DNA of 39,894 nt, taken from assembly GCF_004010195.1 (NCBI RefSeq), contig NC_057718.1, forward strand, positions 46,559,236 to 46,599,129. The letters run 5' to 3'. This document shows positions 26,215-38,508 of this stretch, piece by piece (the stretch's first letter is position 1; the number at the start of each line of letters is the position of its first letter). The notes below the pieces were generated by a model that was not told where the DNA came from, did not search any database, and saw only the letters and a program-made list of their open reading frames with translations. A program made the position numbers and the translations under genes. Source of the stretch: Chiloscyllium plagiosum. Its lineage: Eukaryota.

Positions 26215-28420
26215 TTAACAAAGAAAGGGTATTTCATTCAAAAAGAAGAATTTCACTTTAAATAATCACCACAGCTAAAATATCCATCAAAAAATTGCAA
26301 TCACCCACGTTACGTTCTGTGAAAATGTGGCACCGAGTGAAGTTTCACCATTTTCCAATTTAGCCAGAGGTAAAGGATTTCCCATTATTTCACTCAACGG
26401 ATTTGGCCTTCAAGTTGTTCCCACCAGTAATGTTTTATACCCAACGTCCCCTGATATGGTTAATACCCATAAGGAGCATCGACAAGCCCTCTCACTCAGT
26501 CTTTAACGTGTAATTTTCTAAAGTTCCTTTACAACCAACGAACCAACAATAACTATTTCACAGTCTGTCCTTCTGATTCAAACAATCAGGTCTTTTGCAT
26601 GCCTGAGTTATTCATATTATATTACATGATAGCTAGTTATATCTTAATACATGATAGTTTCTTGTGAGACATCAGACTGGCCTTGAGAGTAAGTTCAAAA
26701 TACTGTTAGTTACATAGACTTGGTACTGAACAGGAAGTGCACCAGAATACCTGTTACTTCCTCCCTAACAAAATTCTTTATGTCCTGATGAGTGGAGAAT
26801 TGCCTTTTTAGGTAGTAAGTGCCTTGTACAAAATCACCACTCAAGCATTTTTATGGTTGTTAAATCTTTAAGGTATTGCTTCAAATAAAGAAAGTAGGTT
26901 TACCACTAACCTATCTCCCCAAATCCTCTGACTACATAATCTTCTGACAACTTGGTTTGTTTGACAATCTGTTGCTTAGGGACAAAACGTTTAGTTCAGT
27001 TCATTACTATTGGGGAACCTTAGTGGATCTTTTATTTCATTTCCTGGCACTGATGTTGTTGAACAATTTTGTCCATTGGACGTTCCTTAGTTTCCTCAAG
27101 TTGTGTCAGAAAACATAATTGTGTTTCTGAAAGAAATAATCTTCTCCTGTTGGCATTGTTATCTTGCATGTGAACTTTCTATTGTTGTACATATACTTTT
27201 GAATAACATTATCATTTTATCAGTTTCAAAGTTAAACAGCAAAGCTGATCATGCTTCTTTGCTGCTGATTTTTCAAAACAACTTAAGTGACTGCATCAAG
27301 AGTCTACTACCAGCTCCTGATAGTCACGGTGTCAAAAAAGTCCAATGATCAGCCTCTGAAGATTAATTTGAACTTTGGAGAGAATTGAATCATTTCTCCA
27401 AACTGTGAAATTAATAGTGTCTTCCCTTCTCAGTCGGGAAGAGCTGTGGTACATCAACATAATTATCCTGAGTGGTGTTCTACTACTTTCTTTTGGGTTC
27501 AGTAAGTATTCTTCTTCGACCTATGAAGTATTTCGATTATGGAGTAGAGTTACACTGATCATTGACATTTGGCTTCTAAATTGGTTAAGTTGTCAGCATA
27601 TTGTACAATTTTATGAGTAAACTATGTTTTTCTGCATAGAAGTGACAAGAATTGCTATTATGACAACGATGAGCAGGGAGATCTCGGTGTCCAGGTACAT
27701 AGATCCTTGAAAGTTGCCACCCAGGTTGACAGGGTTGTTAAGAAGGCATATGGTGTTTTAGCTTTTATTAATAGAGGGATCGCGTTCCGGAACCATGAGG
27801 TTATGCTACCGCTGTACAAAGCTCTGGTGCGGCCGCACTTGGAGTATTGTGTACAGTTCTGGTCACCGCATTATAAGAAGGATGTGGAAGCTTTGGAAAG
27901 GGTGCAGAGGAGATTTACTAGGATGTTGCCTGGTATAGAGGTAGTTTCTTTACTCAGAGAGTAGTAAGGGTATGGAATGCTTTGCCTGCAACGGTAGTAG
28001 ATTCGCCAACTTTAAGTACATTTAAGGCGTCATTGAACAAGCATATGAACGTACATGGAATTAGTGTAGGTTAGATGGGCTTCAAATTGGTATGACAGGT
28101 CGGCGCGTCGAGGGCCAAAGGGCCTGTACTGCGCTGTAATATTCTATGTTCTATGTATACCTGTTCTACACAACATTGTTCCCTATTTTTAAACAAATCC
28201 CAAAATTCCTTTAATTTCAAGGGGTGTGCTGCTTGCGTCATGCAGCACTCTGTCTAATGGTTGTATTTCTTTCTCATCAATGAGAGTTTTTTTCTAATAC
28301 AATAACACTTGCCCTTGCCTCAAGTTTGAAATGAGATGGATGAACATGATCCTGTATGTTCTGTGTCAAACCTGGTTTTTAAAGGAGATACCTATTACCT
28401 CAAAAAAGGTTGAGTTGCAT
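26215..28420 (-). pseudogene. MGAT4-like pseudogene, large terminal exon (catalytic plus C-terminal lectin-like domain), interrupted by a CR1
   Basis: Collinear remnants across frameshifts: RIMFIHLISNLRQGQ..KTLID, QFRS/(P)NV, SKYFI/VEEE, MYHSS, EMIQFSPKF, KTLLVGTT*RPNPL, LPLAKLENG, FFLNEIPFLC*. The TAA stop is at 26217-26215, followed by AATAAA at 26172-26167. The 5' boundary is approximate. Confidence 0.5.
27668..28155 (+). mobile_element. CR1 3' fragment inserted in the MGAT4-like terminal exon
   Basis: ORF 27707..27964 reads [19 protein letters not shown]; tail ATTCTATGTTCTATGT. Confidence 0.92.
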
Positions 28421-28444
28421 CTGCCAAACATCAAATAATGATAC

Positions 28445-31400
28445 TTTTTTTCTTTTTTTAAAATATATTTTTACAAAATTATACTCTTCTTTACAAACAA
28501 ATCAAAACTACCAAAAGAAAAAGAACAATCTTCCCACACTACATTTCAATAAATAGTTAGACATAATAAATTAAATTAGTTTGAATTGTGCTAAACTAAC
28601 AACTTACGCCACTCCACGGCAACCCACCGAAGTTCCCATCATTGGGAGCATCAGTTAACATATCTGTATTTATTCAGGTTTCTTCTTCTCAGGTTCCCTG
28701 ACCTGCCAAATCCAGTCTTCGTGACTATACAAAGGCCCTAATCACCATTGTTGACAAGTCTGCATCTATGTAATTCAAAAAGGGCTGCCATGTCTCATAA
28801 AAATGTTCCATTTTCTGGTACTCCATACTTGTAAGGAAGTCTAAGGGAACATGGTCCATCACGAACCTACGCCATCCCATAAGGCCCGGGGGTTTTTCCG
28901 AGATCCAACTCATCAGAATGGTCTTCCTCGCACAATATGTGAGAATGTTGAACAGTTTCTTCTTATGCTCATCTAGCGAAGGCAGATTCGGTAATCCCAG
29001 AAGGTGGGATCATGTTCATCCATCTTAGCTTCAGTCCCCAAGATCCCCTCCAGCATATTTGCTATGGAGCCCCAATATCTACGAATCTTATGGCATGACC
29101 ACAAGCAACGTGTGAGTGCACCAATGTCTGTTTTGCATTTAGGGCACTTTGAAGATGCTCCTTTTTTTGAATTTTGCGTGCCGCTCTGGGGCCAGGTGGG
29201 CCCTGTGGAGAATCTTTAGTTGCATGGCCTGTGTTTTATTACAAATCAAAACCTTTTTCACGTTCTGTCAGATATCCTCTCATGCTTCTGACGAGATTTA
29301 AGCTCCCACTTCCGGATTCCAGATTCTGTAAAGCCTTACTATACCTTCCAAGACACCCCATCTCTGTAGATGATAGAGGGTACTAACCAAGAGAGTGCTC
29401 GTGGATCGAAGCAGTTTCCTCTCTACATCGGACTTATAGGGCTGACCCAGCAGCGTGGTCCTTTTCTGTATATAGGCTGATCTGAAAATAGCGGAAAAGG
29501 TCCCTACTGGATAACATTTATTTATGACTCAGCTGATCAAAAGACATTATGACCTCTCCCTCAAATATGTCCCCCAAACAGGAGACTCCTCGAGTCTTTC
29601 ATAACTTAAAGCCAGAACCCATCAATCCTGGCCTAAATCATGATATTCCTACTATGGAGGTGAGCGGAAAGGTCTTAGATTATCCTCACTCTACCGCATC
29701 ATTCTCCACGCTTTGACCATGTTTATAACAATCAGATTTTTACAGTACTCAGCAACAGTTCTCATCCTGTCCATGAATAGCAAATTAACAAGGGGACATT
29801 TTGCCTGGTAGGCCTCAATGTCAAGCCATATTGAGCTTGGATCCTGACATGCCCAATCAAACCCCCATTCCCTGTGGAAGCTGCAGCTTAGCAAACTTAA
29901 TAAGAGGAGACCTGCGGTGCCAAATAAAAGATCTCAGCCAGCCATTAAGTCTATGCAGCACTTGCCTAGGTAGCACCAGCGGAAGCATTCACATGGGGTA
30001 TAGTAGGTGAGGAAGAACATTCATTTTGATCAGAACTATTCGACCTAACCAGGAGAGTGGTAGCCCCTCCCAACGCTGAAGGTCTTGTCTTATCTTCTCA
30101 AACAATTTACAAAGTTAGCTTTGTACAATTGGTGAAAGGCTCGGGGGGGGTAATGAAAATACCCAAATATAGAAAATCTCCCTGTAATCACAAAAGGAAA
30201 TCGAGTTCCATCTTCAAGGTCAGGTCCTGCCACAAGACCCTGTACAGGCATAGTCTCCAATTTCATAAAATTAAGTTTATACCCCGAAAAAGTGCCAAAT
30301 AAATTAATATTTTGTATTAAATGGGGCACAGATATTGCCGGGTTAGCCAGAAAGAGAAGAACATCGTCTGCATAAAGAGTGATTTTATGCTCTCCCATTC
30401 CCACTTCTGGGGCAACTATTTCAGGCTCCTTCCAAATAGTCTCTGCTAGCAGCTCGATCACTAAAGTAAACAGCAGCGGTGAAAGAGGGCACTCTTGTTG
30501 GCTGCCTGTACGAATACTAAAATTGTCTGATCTTATGCCAGTCGCGAAAACCACTGCTATGGGATCGCTTTACAAAACTGCCACCCACCTGGTGAAGATC
30601 CCCCCCGGCCAAGAATAAACCATTGCAAGACATAAAAAAGGTATGCCATTCCACCTTATCAATCGCGTTTTCCACTTATAGGGAAACTACCAAGCCCGGG
30701 ATTGACCTCTGCTGGCACACCTGGACCATATTCAACACTCATCTGATGTTGTGAGAGGAGCTGCAACCCTAAATGAAACCTCTCTAGTCCTCCTTAACAA
30801 TAGAGGGCAGTACTTACTCCATCCTCAAGGTTAAAGTTTTAGACAGAATTTTAAAATCTACATTTAGCAGCGAGATGGGCCTGTACGAGGTGCAGTCCTC
30901 AGGATCTTTCCCTCTCTTAACAACAAGGGAAATATTAGCTCCCCTGAGAGAGGGTGGGAAGCAGTCCTGACTGTATGAATGGTTATACATGCCCAACATT
31001 GGCTCAGCCAACATGTTTATAAACTCCTTATAAAACTCACTTGGGAGTCCATCTGCCTCATGGTCTGAAATGGCTTTTTTCCCAATCCTACAGGATAGGA
31101 CCGAATCCAAAAAAGTTGGTAGAGCAAAAAACATATCTCTCCTTGTGTGGCACTTGTGTGGGTTGGAGAAGAAAGTAAAATCCCTACCCTTTGGGTGAAG
31201 ACATCTCCACGCATCCACCAGCCCCAACTCCCCACATAGGTCCACCAACTGTTTGGATTGCAGGGAGATGCTCGAAAGACTCCTTGGCATCCTATCCACC
31301 TCGGGATCCATAAGGCAGTTGAAGTCTCCCCCTATAATTGTGTGGTGCATTCCAAGAGTGGTTAAAAGTTTGAGGGGTTGTGCCAGGGGGCAGTAGACAT

Positions 31401-33416
31401 TCAAAATGCCGTACTCCTCCCCAAGTATTAAGGCTTTGAGGATCACAGATCGCCCATGCTCAGCCTTAATTTCATATATCAACTGGGATGGGAGATTCTT
31501 CTGTTTAGTATTGCCACTCCTCTACGTTTGGAATTAAAAGATGAAAAGAACACCCGGCCGAACCTTCCCTGCTGTAAGTTTAGATGCTCCTTATCGTTTA
31601 AGTGTGTTTCTTATAGCAGAGCAACATCGACCCTCTCCTTTTGAGATTCGAGAGCACTTTCTTCCTTTTTAACTGGTGAGTGACTCCCCTTTATGTTCCA
31701 GATGCACCATCTCAATGAACAATTGGTCATAACCATCTAAAGCAGCCTGGGACCCACCAAGAGAAAGAACCCTACTCATAATGTGTCGAGTGGAGACAAG
31801 AAAAGATTCATAAAATCTAAAAAAATACAACTACAAACACTACCAAAGCAACAATTCTGATAGCTACTCCTAAAATAACCAAAAGACAAATAACTGGAGA
31901 CGTTCCCCCTTGCCCACAGGGGGCACTCACCCTACTCACTAACACCTCCATGACTCCTGGCTGAAGCCATGCCCCAAACCCAGGCAATACAGTAACAAAG
32001 AAACCATATGTCTTATACACATGGAAATTAAAAGTGGGCATCCAACCTATCCCACCCATACATGAACCCCGCTTGTTATCAATAAAAGAAATGACCACTC
32101 CAAACCAAAGCACAATGGGAATAACAGGGACTAGCAAATATAACAAGAAAGGAAGAGAAGAAAAAAAGAGCCCCATGTATTACAAGAACAAAGCCAGGCA
32201 AACAAAGTAAACAACAGAAAGAACAAAGGACATGCTATTGTCCATATTATTTGACCAAACCAGTATATTTTAAAGAATCTAGGAAATCCTTTGCCTTGAC
32301 TGCTGAATCCAAATTGTACTCGGACCCATCATGGCTGAAGGGTAACACTGCTGAGTACCTTACAGAATATTGAATGTTCAAGTCTCTCAGCCTCTTTCTT
32401 ACTTCATCATAAGAGTTCCTCTTTCTGATCACAGCCCCAGAAAAGTCCTGAAATAACATGATTTTCGACGTCTTGTAAATCAGGGCTTGTAGATCTTTCC
32501 CCAGTGTTCTAGAAGCTTCCATAACCCTTTGTTTGTCTCTGTAACATTGAAATCGAGCTAAGACTGGGCGGGTGCTGGTCCAAAGCAGGCCTGTGCACCA
32601 TGATCCGATGAGCCCCCTCCACATGCACCCAGCCCGATTCGGTTCTCAGTTCCAGGAGCTGCAGGAGCCATTGCTCCAGGAAACTGACCAGCTGATCTCC
32701 TTCCTCTCGTTCTGGCAGCCCGATAATGCGGACATTCTTTCTTCAACCAAGATTCTCGAGGTCGTCGACCTGATCGATTAAAACCTGCACCTGCTTTTCC
32801 AGGACCTGAATCCACCCCGCCGAGGAGTCTGCTGCAGTCTCTGCTACCGCAGTTCACTGTTCAACCTCCTCCACGCACTGCCCAAGATGTTGGATCTCCT
32901 GCTTATAGCCAAGATCAGGTCCAGTCTGGTCTGGAACCTGCTTCAGCGGGTGCGCCCATTGCTGCAGGGGAGTACCCTATATATTGCGATCCATGTGGCC
33001 CCTTCCCTTTTCATCTTCCCTGAACATTAAAAGTGATAAGTACGTAAGTTAGTTCGCCGAGCTTCAGGGTTTGTCATCAGACGTTTTGTCACCATACTAG
33101 GTAACATCGTCAGTGAGAGTCTCCAGTGAAGCGCTTCATCGGAGATTCTCACTGATGATGTTGCCTAGTATGGTGATGAAACAACTGAAAACAAACCTTC
33201 AAGTTCAGCGAGCTAACTTACGTACTTATCATCAACCTGAGCTACAAATCTTCTCAAAAATCATTAAAAGGGATATTTAAAGATTCTTGGGATTTTACTC
33301 TATCAATTTTTACAAAAATGGCTAGTACGGGGAGGGTAAAAGCACCACTTTGCCTGGATTGTGGTGCAGAGCTCAGCAAGGCAGACCTGTTAGATCGCCG
33401 CCATCTTGAATCCCCC
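28445..33416 (-). mobile_element. Near-full-length decayed L1-clade LINE (copy 2) with a 7-bp TSD
   Basis: 5' end GGGGGATTCAAGATGGCGGCG. ORF1 and ORF2 remnants (GGDFN, SDH, YRPISLLNVDFKIL, QECPLSPLLF, LYADD). A-tail at 28445. TSD ATGATAC at 28438-28444 and 33417-33423. Confidence 0.95.
33034..33261. mobile_element. Fold-back insertion, family C, in the 5' UTR of L1 copy 2
   Basis: 198-bp loopless imperfect palindrome (33034-33231, axis TGAAGC|GCTTCA at 33132/33133) plus a 30-bp tail. 9-bp TSD CATTAAAAG at 33025-33033 and 33262-33270. Confidence 0.9.
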
Positions 33417-33547
33417 ATGATACACTTTTTAATGAGAGTTGTACTCTAACATTTCTTCCAATGACATTTACTGTAAGTGTTAACCTCATTGTGCAAGTAA
33501 GCATGATTAATTCTTGCACACTCTGGAAATGTCCCATTTTCATTTGG

Positions 33548-33576
33548 TGTTTGTGTCTGTGTGTGTGTGTGTGTGT
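33548..33576. repeat. Imperfect (TG)n microsatellite
   Basis: TGTTTGTGTCTGTGTGTGTGTGTGTGTGT. Confidence 0.85.
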
Positions 33577-33697
33577 ATAGCTCCATATCTGGAACAATGA
33601 GTTCCAGCATCACTTGAATCATATTAAATGTTAAATCTTCTTCATAAAGTTTTTAAATATTGTAATTATATTTTTAATTGCTGGATACTAAAAATGA

Positions 33698-35161
33698 ATT
33701 TGATGGGCCAAATGGCCTCCTTCCACACTGTAGGGATTCTATGATTCTGCAAGAATGTTAAAGGTGAAAAACCAGCGTGATGCCGTTTCTTTAAAAATGA
33801 ATACTAAAAATAAAGCTTTATCATTCAGAAGCTTTGTTATACAGTCATAGACACAGAGATGTACAGCACAGAAACAGACCCTTTAGTCCAACTCATCCAT
33901 GCTGACCAGATATCCAAAACTAATCTAGTCCCACTTGCCAGCACTTGGCCCATATCCCTCTAAACCTGTCTTATTCATGTACCCATCCAGTTATCTTTTA
34001 AATGTTATAATTGAGCCAACCTCCACCACTTCCTCTGGCATCTCATTCCATACACGCACCACCCTCTGCATGAAAAGGTTGCCCCTGGGGTCCCTTTTAA
34101 ATTTTACCCCTCTCATCCTAAACCTCTGCCCTCTGGTTCTGGACTCCCAATCCCAGGGAAAAGACCTTGTCTATTTACCCTATCCATGCCCCTAATGATT
34201 TTATGAACCTCTATAAGGTCACCCCTCAGCTTTTGACACTCCAGGGAAAACAGCCCCAGCCTATTGAGCCTTTCCCTATAGCTCAAACCCCCAACCCTGG
34301 CAACATCCTTGTAAATCTTTTCTGAACCCTTTCAAGTTTCACAACATCCTTCTTACAGAAGGGAGACCAGAATTGCACACAGTATTCCAAATGTCCTGTA
34401 CAGCCGCAGCCACTCCCAAAGCCACTGACCAATAAAGGAAAGCATACTAAATGCCTTCACTATCCTATCTACCTGTGACTCCACTTTCAAAAAATTATGA
34501 ACCAGCACTCCAACGTCTCTTTGTTCAGCAACACTCCCCAGGACCTTACTATTCAATGTATTAGTCCTGCTCTGGTGTGTTTTTCCAAAATGCAACACTT
34601 CACATTTGTCTACATTAAACTCCATCTGCCACTCCTCAGCCCATTGGCCCATCTGATCAAGATCCTGTTATACGCTGATGTAACCTCCTTTGCTGTCCTC
34701 CAATTTTGGTGTCATCTGCAAACTTACTAACTGTATCTCCTGTGTTCTCATCTAAATCGATGATTCTTTCCTCTTTTGGCTTATTTACTTTTTCAGACCT
34801 TTTTTGCATTTCTCTCAATTAAAGTTGAAATAAATTCCATGTTTCAGATGTATTCTTTTATTTTCACTTTAAAATAATTTTATGTATTTAAAGATCATTG
34901 AAATGCTTAAATTTGAAAAAATTTGTATTTTCATTTTTTTCCCAAAGTGGAGGAAAGGAATGTTTATTCAAGCAGTTTTCTCTTCCCTTCATTTCCATTT
35001 AAACAACATGAATGAGCCATAAGCTTTCTGATTCACAGCTATGCAATTTACATCCTTTTGAATTTTAAAGAAACGGCATCACGCTGGTTTTTCACCTTTA
35101 ACATTCTTGCAGAATCATAGAATCCCTACAGTGTGGAAGGAGGCCATTTGGCCCATCAAAT
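33698..35161. repeat. Perfect 99-bp inverted repeat pair (33698-33796 and 35063-35161)
   Basis: Base-by-base reverse-complement identity, checked by hand. Confidence 0.95.
33845..34760 (-). mobile_element. 5'-truncated CR1
   Basis: FADDTKI at about 34720, WAEEWQMEFNVDKCEVLHFG, and a 3' UTR like that of the 12.4-kb copy. Confidence 0.92.
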
Positions 35162-35407
35162 CCACGCCTACTCCGTGAAGAGCATCCTACCCAGACCCAT
35201 CCTGTACTCTATCACTATGGGCAATTTAGTATGGTCAATCTACCTGACCTGCACATCTTTGGACTGTGGGAGGAAACCAGAGCGCCTAGAGGAAACCCAT
35301 GCAGACACAAGGAGAATGTGCAAACGCCACACGGACAATGGCCCAAGGATGGAATTGAACCTGAGTCACTGCTGTTGTGAGGCAGCAATGCTAATCACTG
35401 AGCCACG
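35111..35407 (-). mobile_element. tRNA-derived SINE with a CR1-like 3' tail
   Basis: Minus-strand A box TGGCTCAGTGA and B box GGTTCAATTCC, central CTCCAGGCG/TCTGGTTTCCTCCCACAGTCCAAAGATGTGCAGG-type core, and tail GGGATTCTATGATTCT. Confidence 0.9.
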
Positions 35408-35514
35408 AAAATAAATTATTTATACATCAAAATGATGATTTTTACTAAGCTCACTTTTGTATTTAACATTTTTTACTCCAGTGAGACAAACTACACTGCT
35501 GATATTTTAAATTT

Positions 35515-36760
35515 ACATAGAAACAGTATAACACAGGCTTGTAGCTCACCATGCCTACGCTGACCATGATGGCATTCTAATTTAATTCCATCTGCCTGCA
35601 CCTGGTCCATATCCCTTTATTCCCTGCCTGTTCATGTGTTGTCTAAATGCCTCCTAATTGTTGCTATTGCATCTGTCTCTACCACCTCCCTAGCAGTGCA
35701 AATACTGTCCAATCCAGGCAACATTCTCGTAGACCTCTTTTGCATCCTTTCCAAAGCCTCCATGTCTTTCCTATTGTATGGAGACCAGAACTGCACACAA
35801 TACTCCAAATATGATCTAACTAAAGTCTTATATAGCTGCTCCATGACTTGCCAACTTTTATACCCATATGAAGGCAAACATGCAGTATGTCTTCTTTACC
35901 ACCTCATCTGCTTGTGTTGGTACCTTCATGGAGCCATGGACTGGGACACCAAGATCCCTCTTTATATCAATGCTGCTAAGGATCCTGCCATTTATTGTAT
36001 ACTTTCCTCTTGCATTTGACCTTCCAGGATGCATTACTTCATATCTCATACCTATCCAGATTAAACTCCATCTGCCATTTCTCCATCTAACTTTCCAACT
36101 GGTCTATATCCTTCTGTGTCCTTCACAACCTTCCTCACTGTCCACAACTCCACCAATTTTCGTGTCATCTGCAAACTTACAAGTCAGACCACTGACATTT
36201 TTATCAAAATCATTTATACATATTGAAAACAATAGAGGTCCCAGCACTGGTCCTTGTGGAACAGCACAGGATACGGGCCTCCAGCAGAAAAATACCCATC
36301 CACAATTACCAAGATTACAACCCTAGAGGTCCCGTTTTTCAACTTGCTGCCTAACTCCCTAAATTTTCTTGGCAGGACCTCATTTCTCTTCTTGCCTATG
36401 TCGTTAGTATCAATATGAACCACAACCTCTGACTGCTCATCCTCCACTTTCAAAATATCCAGTACCCACTCAGCGACATCCTTGACCTTGGCATCAGAGA
36501 GGCAACACAACATCCTGGAATTTCACTCACAGCCACAGGAACAACTATGTGTGCCCCTGACTTTTGAGACCCCTATCACTACTGCTTGCCTACACTTTGA
36601 CCCCTCCTGCTGTACAACTGTTCATGTTGTGGTACCACTGACCTGGTGACTGCTCTTGCATCCCCTTGAAAGGTTATCCATCTCAACAATATCCAAAATA
36701 GTATTCCTGGTTGTGAGGGGAATGGCCAAGAGGACTCCTGTACTGTCTGCCCACGCTTAC
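35515..36760 (-). mobile_element. CR1 with a large deletion joining the ORF1 esterase to the RT C-terminus
   Basis: ORF 36214..36513 has SGNH-like VVVHIDTNDIG..FRELGSKLK..SRVVI. It abuts RT sequence (VPQGPVLGPLLF..FADDTKI) at about 36305. Confidence 0.85.
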
Positions 36761-36855
36761 TGGTTTTGGAAAGATGGCATCAAATTTTAATGGTATGATT
36801 AGAGTTTATTGTCTGGAATGTCCTAATGTTTGAGATGAGGGAATTCTCTTTTTAC

Positions 36856-37015
36856 TGTGCATGACTGCGGATGCCCCTTATTAGTCCACCAGATTCAGTC
36901 ATATTATGTGAAAAGACCCCTCAAATTGATTAATGAGACATTTATAAAGCCAAGCTCAGAGATTAAACTTCTGACCCAATTTCAGAAAGAAACTCACGAA
37001 AACAAATGAGTTAAC
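36856..37015 (-). pseudogene. MGAT4-like pseudogene, exon B (stem region); 3' boundary uncertain
   Basis: Strong acceptor (TTTTTAACTTCTTTCAG). The phase-2 join to exon A gives LTHLFS*VSF*NWVRSLISELGFINVSLINLRG (MGAT4C: [23 protein letters not shown]). Contains in-frame stops. Confidence 0.45.
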
Positions 37016-37261
37016 CTGAAAGAAGTTAAAAATTGCTCAACGAATAGTGAAGAACTAGGCTAAAATTAAACATTCTTTTCCTATTCTATATTGTTAAATT
37101 CCAAGAGGCCAAAATATAAACAGCAAGTGCTTTTTATGGAGGTATTTACAGTCAGCAAGCTTAGATAGAGCTGTTTTTGTCCAAATTGTGATGTGGAGGA
37201 CTGGGGTGGACAAAGTTAAAAATCACACAACACCAGGTTTTAGAACAACAGGTTTATATGG

Positions 37262-37302
37262 AAGTACAAGCTTTCGGAGTGCTGCTCCTTCATCAGGTAA
37301 CT
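37262..37302 (-). ncRNA. Minimal type I hammerhead ribozyme motif
   Basis: AGTTAC-CTGATGA-A-GGAG(CAGCA)CTCC-GAAA-GC-TT-GTACT: intact core, stem II, palindromic AGCT stem III, and a possible stem I. Confidence 0.65.
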
Positions 37303-38223
37303 AGTGGAGCAGGATTACAGGACACAGAATTTATATGAAAAGATCATAGTGTCATACAACTGATGTGATATATTGAATAAATCTAGATTGCTGTTAAGTC
37401 TTTCATTTTTTAGAATGTGTTGCAGGTTTCAATTTATTAATATGTAAATCGCAGAACTTCTCAAGCTTCCACCCGAAACATATTAAAACAGCCATCCCTT
37501 ACGGATAAGCCCGACGCATGCACAGGATCTGTTCAGATGAGGAGGAACGCGATGGACACCTGAAGGTGCTGAAGGATGCCCTCATAAGAACAGGATATGA
37601 TGTTCAACTCATCAATTGCCAGTTCTGACGTGCCACAGCGAGAAACCATAATCGCCTCCTCAGGAGACAGACACGGAATACAACCAATAGGGTACCCTTG
37701 GTTGTGCAGTACTTCCCGGGAGTGGAGAAACCACACCATGTTCTTCACAACCTGCAACACATTATTGATGAGGATAAGCACCTCACCAAGACCTCCCCTA
37801 CACCTCTATTCTCATCGTTAAACAATTGCCAAACTTTAAACAGACCATTGTTCACAGTAAACTGCCCAGCCTTCAAGAATTTACATCAACCACAACACTC
37901 TATAACTCTGTCATAGCAAACACTGCAAGATGTGTCAGAGTGTTGACACAGACACCACATTACATGTGGGGACGCCACCCAACATGTAACTCAGCCAACA
38001 TTGTCTATCTCATGCGCTGCAGGCAAGGATGCACTGACGCATGGTACATTGGTGAGACCAAGCAGACACTAAGACAACAGGTGAATGGATACCACAACAA
38101 TCACCAGACAGGGATGTTCCCTCCCATTTGGAGAACACTTCAGTGGTCAGGCACATTCAACTTCGGATCTTCGGGTGACCATCCTCCAAGGCGGACTTCG
38201 GGACAGACAACAAGGTAGAGTGG

Positions 38224-38508
38224 AAATGTGTTGCTGGAAAAGCGCAGCAGGTCAGGCAGCATCTAGGGAACAGAGCGCTTCAGAGCGCTTCAGGGAACAT
38301 CTCTGGGTCACCCGCACCAATCAACTCCACCGCCCTATGGCCCAACATTTCAACTCCCCCTCCCACTCTGCCAAGGACATGCAGGTCCTGGGCCTCCTCC
38401 ACCGCCGTTCCCTCACCACCCGACACCTGGAGGAAGAACGCCTCACCTTCCGCCTCGGAACCCTTCAACCCCAGGGCATCAATGTGGATTTCACCAGTTT
38501 CCTTATAT
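38224..38508 (+). mobile_element. Nested fragment of a second Penelope family: inverted family-A arm plus GIY-YIG C-terminus
   Basis: GCTGGAAAAGCGCAGCAGGTCAGGCAGCATC followed by ERFREHL..AQHFNSPSH..EEERLTFRLGTLQPQGINVDF. Flanked by a 132-bp direct duplication. Confidence 0.85.

Noticed and set aside
26200..27660. Endogenous viral glycoprotein, Tc1 transposase or SPRY domain readings
   Set aside because: Only isolated, non-collinear resemblances. The MGAT4-like reading explains more motifs in order, plus splice sites and a poly(A) signal.
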